A DNA stretch of 63,422 bases, the filler included, from Vannella sp. (taxonomy: Eukaryota), in the NCBI GenBank assembly GCA_023345925.1. It is 7 parts of 7 records of this genome, joined end to end, with 100 filler letters (N's around TTAATTAATTAA, not from the genome) between each part and the next. Parts side by side here need not be neighbours in the genome. Positions count along the whole stretch, not along the records: positions 54,571 to 58,955 come from JAJQQN010000748.1; positions 59,056 to 63,422 come from JAJQQN010000506.1; 5 more parts are not named here. The stretch is one strand, 5' to 3'. The position numbers and the translations under genes were made by a program. A model generated the notes under the pieces. It made no database searches. It saw nothing but the letters and a program-made list of their open reading frames with translations, and was not told the origin of the DNA. Shown one piece after another: positions 56,335-63,422 of this stretch. The first letter of the stretch is position 1. Each line of letters starts with the position of its first letter.

Positions 56335-58246
56335 ATGGACTCTCCTGGGAGGGAAGAGCCAAAGAGTGGTCTGGTCGGACCACCGCCTTTTCTCGTGAAA
56401 TACTCGGAGCATCTTGATGTAGGGAGTACAGGGTAGGGTGATGATGTACTAAGCAGTCAGAATAGCTGAAGGAGTTGAACTTAGACGTCTCCATCCTCCG
56501 CAGCTTCGAGAGAATCAGTTTCTTTGAGGATACAGTCACCCTGCTCGAGCACTTTGACGACCGCAGCTTCGTGCGCATCCTCCAATTGAGACCACATCCT
56601 CCAAACCAATATCTACCTCAAAGGGTCCAAGGGAGCTGGCCCACCATGGGAGAAGCCGCAATTTGCGCAGCCAACTACCTCGCCGTCCGTGTAGGGATGC
56701 AGCTGCAAGTGTATGACATGACCAAGAGGGAGAAGTTACGATCATTGGAGGTCTCTGGATGCGTGCGGTACTGGAAGTTCTCTCGTATCGATCAAATCAC
56801 CTTGGTAGTGGATGACACGGTCTATCGCTGGAACTGGGGTAGTGGGGGCGATGTCACCGCTCATTTCACTCTCTTTGAAGAGCTGAAAGACCACCGTATC
56901 ATGGATGTGCGTTCGAACAGCGCGAATGACGTCCATCTTGTTCGGGGGCTCACAGCAAAGCGTGGCGAGCTTTTGGGGATGATTCACGTGTACTCAGACG
57001 AGTATCAAGAGTCCCAATGCATTGTAGCACACGCAGCTGACTTTTGCGAGTGGACGGGACCATCAGGAGAGTCCACAACACTTCTTTGTGCTGCTCACAA
57101 AGTCCAAGACCGCATTCTCATCCATGTATCGGAGATTAAGGATGTTCTGAGCCAAGTCAGACAAAGCGCCCAACAAAGAAATAGTCTACCCCTCTTTGGT
57201 ACTCGCCTGTATGAGCATTCCATATCTGCTGGACGAGAGAAAGACTTTCCTGTGGTTTTGCACGCCATCAGCGACCCAAATAGCAATCACCCACCATTGT
57301 TCCATGTGGTAGGTCATTCCATCTAGTATGAGAAGGCCTCTTAAGTGTGACAGGTCACCAAACTTGGATTCCACTCCATTCATGATACCCAAACCGGGAT
57401 TCCCATCCTCTCTTGGCAATTCTCTCGCTCCACATTTGCTGTCACAAGAGAATGCCAAGGAGGACTCTTGGGGATACTAAGAAATGGCCTGGTGAGTTTC
57501 TTATGACGAGGAATGCGCGCTGACTTTGTGTCCAGCTGATATCGTTGACTTTGGATTATTCGAGGCTGATTGAATGGATGATGAACGATTCTCAACTTGT
57601 AAATATTGCACTGCAACACCTCAGAGTGTTTTCAAAGCTACCAGGACCGATTGTCCCATTTCTTCGGCTCTTTCTTCGCCATTTTCACAATCAAAGGTAT
57701 GATGAAGCTGCAGATATCTTAGCATTAGCTCCAGACAGACAGCTTCGCCATCCTCAATTAATGGGAATGTTTGCACAACTACCAACGGCAAAAGGAAAGA
57801 GCTCATCCAGCGAATATTACTTTGGTCGAATGCTACGAGCACCTGGGGCCCTTTATCCATTCGAAAGCTTTGCTGTGCTTTCTTCTCTTGCAGAAAAGGT
57901 CCCCAGTGGACCATTCTTGGAAAAAACGCAAGAATGGATCTCCAGCGGGAAGATACCAAGGAGTAAGACTTTGCTGGAAGTTGCCCAAGCGGGGAACATT
58001 CGATTATACTCCCTTCTTTTACCGCTGATTGAAGGTAAAGAATGGGCAGAAGTTGAACCAGAGATGTTGGATGAATATTGGAAAGAAGATCTTTTTCAGA
58101 AATATAATTTGGATCCCGAAAAGCCCTCTGATGTCACTCCAAGAGAGAAGGAGCCGAAGGAGCCCATTGTCAACTTGTCAAGAACTGCCTCCATGTCCAA
58201 CGCCGATGCAGAAGATCTATTGCTTATGAGTCCTATCTTCCAATAA
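56335..58246 (+). CDS. Divergent clathrin heavy chain N-terminal domain (propeller + linker)-only protein
   Basis: Co-linear similarity to CHC: KYSEHLD|LKEL, LQVYDM..REKL, YWKF, VYRW, GMIHVYS...SQCIVAHAADF, DFPV, YDEAADILALAPDRQLRHP and YYFGRML; intron at 56419-56465 plus two more; stop at 58246. Confidence 0.75.
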
Positions 58247-58955
58247 GTTGCTGTTCAAGACTACCTACCATTCATGGATGAAAGGAGCAAGAATGAAAGT
58301 GTTCTTTGGAATCAAAAGCTCATTTTGCCCTTCCTTGTGGGTCAATAATGGTAGACTATAAATAACATCGAGACATCTGTTTGAAACACACAGAAAGAGC
58401 CTCTCCACACTTCTTTCCTTAGTGGTCTCCGCAAAGCACGTCTGAATTCGTCGGAACATAACCTCTCCGGGACCTGCACCTTACGAGCGCATAGAAGGTC
58501 GGGAAAACGCGGGCATTCATTGAGTCTTTTGTTCGAATTTGAAGCCTCTTTTCAACGGAGGATAGCGGTCATCAAGGAAGCAGTGAGGGAGTTCCTTCTC
58601 CTGAAGCATCTGGTGCTCCATTTAGAGGTAATAAACGCTTCCAAACGCTCTAGGTGGACGACCTACTCTTTACAAAGCTTTGGGGCCTTTTCAGTCTGGA
58701 GAAAATCGATTCATTTCATGAGGCCAAAGGGTTTTCGGTCTCAAAGAAGATTAAAGAGCCATCTTCTTTGTTGTTTTCTTTGACTACATGATTCAAAAAG
58801 ATGTTTGCCTCGTTTTTTTAAGACAGTCAGCAAGTTCTTTGACCGTTGAGAATGGCTCACAGGAAACTACCCTTGCTTTTCCAAAAAATAAAGTCTCATA
58901 AAAACTGCTAAAAATCACACCCTGAAAGTTTACGAAAGACATCGGACTTGTGATT

Positions 58956-59055
58956 NNNNNNNNNNNNNNNNNNNNNNNNNNNNNNNNNNNNNNNNNNNNT
59001 TAATTAATTAANNNNNNNNNNNNNNNNNNNNNNNNNNNNNNNNNNNNNNNNNNNN
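58956..59055. other. Artificial contig linker
   Basis: N-TTAATTAATTAA-N, 100 nt. Confidence 0.98.
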
Positions 59056-62000
59056 TTCTCTTCAAAAGGGAGTAAGTTACAAGAATAGGAAATGGAAGAC
59101 GCTACTAATCGCGAGGGGGAAAAGGCCGAGCAGAGCTAGAACTGCGGGACTTACGGTTCGATGATGTTGGAGTGGAGACTCTGATCGATGTTGAAACGAT
59201 CCAAAGGCTTACCTTACGTTCTATTCACATTGGAAATGTTACTTCTGAGCATCAGGTCAAAACAAGCGCAGTTAAGGACATAGAACTAGAGAATATCACT
59301 GTTGGCAAAGAGAGCATCTCCAACATCTCACTATTTCATTTCAGTAACTCCTCTTCTGTTGCACTTCAGAACTGCACCTTCAACCCACGTTCTTTGAAGG
59401 GAGGGTTCCTTATTCAAGGGAACCTATCAAGTCGAGTGAGGATGTCTGGATTGATCTTTTCTGGCATTTCCGCTTCCGGCAAAGTGGATTTGATTGATTG
59501 TGACGCAGAGCTCCACATGAGCGACACCTTATTCCTTCAACTGAAGCACTTTGCCAACGTAATCCGCTTAGAAAATGGTGGAATCTTTGACAGAGTGCAG
59601 TGGAGGGATATCAGCAACCAGGCCGGCGTTATTTCTTTCATGAAGCTTCCCAGAGATGCTCGTCTAATGTGGAAAGGCTGCGAATTCCAAGGTATCGTGG
59701 AGTGCCAAAGTATCATTGAATTGAAATCATCACCACCCCATCGCTCCCAAGTCCTGAAGGTGAATTTCACAAACTCTATTGTGCAAAATTCGATCCTCCT
59801 CGCTTCTGTCTTCCTGTTTTCTGACCCTTTCGCGACTGTGGAGATGGAGATAATTCACAGTCTTCTGAGCGATTTGGAGGTTAGGACTCTGGTAGATCCC
59901 TTACCGATTCTATTCCGCGCGGATAATGTTAGCTTCCTCCGAATTGAACAAAAAAATGAGGAGAAAGCGTATTCCAATGCTCTTTTCTCCAGTTCAAAAC
60001 AAGTGGATGGGTTTATGGAGCTCAAGAGATGTCGATTCGCCGACACCACAAAAATTCTTTACTTGAATTCAACCCAAGCTCATTTGGAGAACATTACCGT
60101 CGAGCATAATCGTCTCGATTCAAAGGAATCCCTCATGGACTTCCGCGAGTGCAATGTGACACTTCTTTGGAGCAAATTTCTGAACAACAGTGTTAAGCAG
60201 CTCGTGTATCTGTTCAGCTCACAATTTGACATTCGATATGTCCTGGTCCAAAATAACTCTCTCAGTACCGACGGGTTCTCATTCCGTGGGTCCAGCCAAG
60301 GCAGATTTCTGAATGTGGCGGTATTGGATAATAATGCTGAGCAAAGTCTACTTAACTTCCAAGATAACTCGACAACGATTGTAAGTGGTTTGGTTGCGAG
60401 AGGAAACGAAGGAACCCGAGGAGGAGTTGCTCTATGCACGGATGAAGCTCAACTCTCTTTCTCACGTTCGATCTTCGAGTAAGTTACTGAAGGTTGCGTG
60501 TCCAATCTGATACCTTTTAGGAACAATGTGGGATTTGGGGGAGGTGCCATCTTTGGGTCCAGTTCTTGTTCGTTGGACATTTCTTACTCAGTCGTGAGTA
60601 AATGCTGGAGGTTTATCCATTTACTCATCAAATGAACAGTTTCGCAGTAACTTAGCTTCCACAAATGGAGGTGCACTTTTCTTAGCTTTGAGCAGCCCAA
60701 CTCAAGGAAGGATCCAGTTTTCCAACTTTTACAGTCAGTCACGGAGATACTCCTTATTTTGCAGCACTAACCAGTTTATTAGATAACACTGCGAAAGGAG
60801 TTGGAGGGGGCATTTACATGGCCGGAGATTGTAGCATTCCAATCACTGGAGTTCGGATGGAATCCAATTCAGCACTTACTGGCGGATGCATTTCACTGGG
60901 AGAGAATGCATCGCCAATGATTAGAGATTCTAATTTTACGCAATGCCACTCTTTGGTGGAAGGTGGAGCAATTAGCTTGGCTCAATATGCCTCTCCGAAA
61001 GTTGCAAATTGCATAATTGTGAACTCGTCGTCCTTCAGTGTTGGTTCAGGTATCTATGCCTTTAGCTATTCCCAAATTGAGCTTGAGGATGTACTTATCC
61101 AAGATAACTTCTCTCCAAATGAAGCTGCTGGAGTGTATTTGGACGACTTTTCTCAAGGAAATTTTACTCGAGTCAAGTTCCTTGGAAACATGGCGAGTTC
61201 CAGCGGCTCCGGATTGGTTGTTAACATTAATGCGTATGTTATGCAAAGTAGAAAGCTTCTTCTCGCAACTAACTTTCTAAGGGTTTTAGGACGGCTAATT
61301 TGCAAGACTGCCTTTTCCAAGATAACTGGTCTGGCTCGAAAGGCGGATGCGTGGCATGTTTCAATCATGGACAACTGATTATGTCGAGGGTGAGATTCCA
61401 ATCAAATCAAGCACAACTGGGGGGTGTATTCTACATCACAGATTTCTGTTCTGCCACACTAGTTGATTGCACGATAACCAACAATACGGCATCTTCGCAA
61501 GCTGGAGCATTTTACATGTCAAGCTCAGGTACAGCACACTTGTTCCATACCGAAGTGTCCTTCAACAAAGCCCTGGACGGAGAGGGAGGTGGAGCAGCAA
61601 TTTCAGATTCCTCAAGAATGACTTCTGTGGATAGTTCATTTATAAGCAACACTGGACTGTACGGAGGTGCAATTTATCTTGTCACCTCTGTTGTGTTTGC
61701 CCCTGTTAACACAACTTTCTCCTCCAATAGTGCAACATTTAGTGGTGGCGCAGTGATGATACGACAAACAACCAAAAGCACCTGGCAGAATTGTACATGT
61801 AATGGAAATATTGCGGGACGCGATGGAGGATGCTTCTTAGGAGACGACAGAACTGTGGCACATTTCACTCATTGCAAAATGGAGGGTAACCGGGCAAGGA
61901 ATGGAGGGGCTTTAGCTTTGAGGAGCACAGCAAATGCTACTGGAGTTTATAACCGATTCAATCTCAATCAAGCAAGTTTAAAGGGCGGAGCCACGTTTAT

Positions 62001-63422
62001 AGGTGAATTAGCTTGCTACAAGGAGACAAATTCAGCCCTCAGCCAAAATTGCGCAAATACTGAGGGCGGCGGAATCGCTTTTGAAGGCGGCACTGTGTCT
62101 TTGGCAGGACTCTCTTTCTGTAACAACACCGCCAATATTGGAGGCGCTTTGGCGTTTAGTGCCAATGGTCACCTGGCTCCACGGGTCTACAATTGCACTC
62201 TTTGGTTAGTAGAGCTTGGCAGACAACATTATTTCTGATTTGATTCTTTAGTAATAACCGTGCTGTTAGCTTTGGAGGCGGATTGGCTTTCACTGGCTTG
62301 CCAACGAAGCAGAGCCATACGGAGGTTGAGAGGTTAACCTCTTTCTTTGATCTTCTGGTGAAAGGAAATCATGCCCCTCAGGGAGCCGGAATCTACATAG
62401 AGTCTCTGCATGATGGAATCCCTTTGTTCGGTTCGGGTTGCATTATCTCAGGCAACGAAGCTTTATTTGGAGGTGGGCTCTTCATTGAAAGGGTGTTTAC
62501 CACCAATGGAGTGCCTCCAGTGTCTTTTTTCATGTTCAATACGTCATTTATCGATAACACAGTCTCATATGGAGGTTCAAATGTGGCATTTTTGCGCATA
62601 CCAGATAGCATTGAAACGGTTAACTTTTGCCAGAACTGTTCCTTCTCACCCTGTAATTCTTCCTTGACAACGGGCTATCAGGATGAACAAGGATTTGCAA
62701 CTTGTAAGTTATTTGTTTCATCCGCCACGCCACCTCTGATGTGTCTGTTTAGATCCTAGTCGGCTTCAGATTGGCGACGGAACCAAATGCCCAGACACTT
62801 GGACTCTCAAAGAGAAGGACAACGAAGTTGTGGGCAGAAATATGACTCTTTCTCTTTATGATCACTTTAACACTTTGGTGATTGGTGAACTTTTAGATTT
62901 CCGCCTAGTGAATGTGAGCCTCACTACAATCAACAACATCCACAACACCACTCTTCACGCCACCTCTTTTGTCAACACTGTTAACAGCCAGACTGGCTCC
63001 GCTGTGTTTGAAAACTTGACTCTTTCTGGTCCGAACAACTCCACGGTCACTCTCCACTTTGGAGCGAGCCCTATTTCCGGTATATCTGCTGCTCAATGTG
63101 GAATAACACTATCAGGGTGCAATCCCGGATACGTTGTGACGAGTGCTGGAGACGGAAATGACATCTGCCAGCGGGATAGAGAGAAAGAAGCCATTTTCCT
63201 GTTTTTGGTCACTTTATTGGTTGTAATACTGATATTGGCCTCTATTCTATCCATCTTGGCTGTCATAGAAGCTCGTAAACGGCTTATTCAGCGCCGATAT
63301 GAAGCACTTGAGATTCCAGATTTCAATCACCGAGCCCGTCCAACTCTGAACGACATTTTAGATGACCCCAGCATTCCTCGGCTCTTGTGGTCGCAAGTGC
63401 ACATTGGAGACGCGATCGGAAA
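59056..63422 (+). CDS. Large single-pass receptor-like protein: beta-helix (GGA[I/L/V]/FxxN, Pmp-like) ectodomain, TM helix, probable start of a kinase domain; 3' partial, start uncertain
   Basis: Many FxxNxA..GGA repeats over several exons; TM helix AIFLFLVTLLVVILILASILSILAVI near 63190-63270; ends IPRLLWSQVHIGDAIG, resembling the entry to kinase subdomain I. Confidence 0.75.

Noticed and set aside
5715..59055. Repeated TTAATTAATTAA palindromes flanked by N runs (6 copies)
   Set aside because: These are identical 100-nt artificial six-frame-stop contig linkers, not biological repeats; genes on either side are unlinked.
1..63422. Prokaryotic operons, CRISPR arrays or an alternative genetic code
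   Set aside because: ORF breaks are explained by GT-AG introns; TAA, TAG and TGA all terminate genes; no repeat-spacer array was seen.

Overview
Eukaryotic, very gene-dense genomic DNA. It is probably from an amoebozoan or related protist: an ABP34-type actin bundler, an amoeba-like profilin and a CPRas-type vWA module are present, introns are short GT-AG (about 40-75 nt), and intergenic gaps are about 40-500 bp. The window is a concatenation of 7 contig pieces joined by artificial 100-nt N/TTAATTAATTAA/N linkers, so adjacency across those linkers means nothing. About 32 protein-coding genes and two tRNA genes (Gln-CTG, Gly-TCC) are recognisable; many genes are split by introns, so the ORF track fragments them. 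Most are housekeeping genes. The most notable items are: (1) a tandem pair of intronless RNase H1 hybrid-binding-domain/Pif1 helicase fusions next to a tRNA gene, bracketed by inverted telomere-like motifs; (2) a bacterial-defence-like Macro-SIR2 protein; (3) an NLR-like ankyrin-DUF4062-NACHT-WD40 gene followed immediately by an LRR-SAM-kinase gene; (4) a stand-alone clathrin terminal-domain ('mini-clathrin') protein; (5) a Rab1-like GTPase fused to a Zn-finger/vWA module; (6) a fascin-like/RhoGAP fusion. All family assignments come from motif recognition by eye; no database searches were run.
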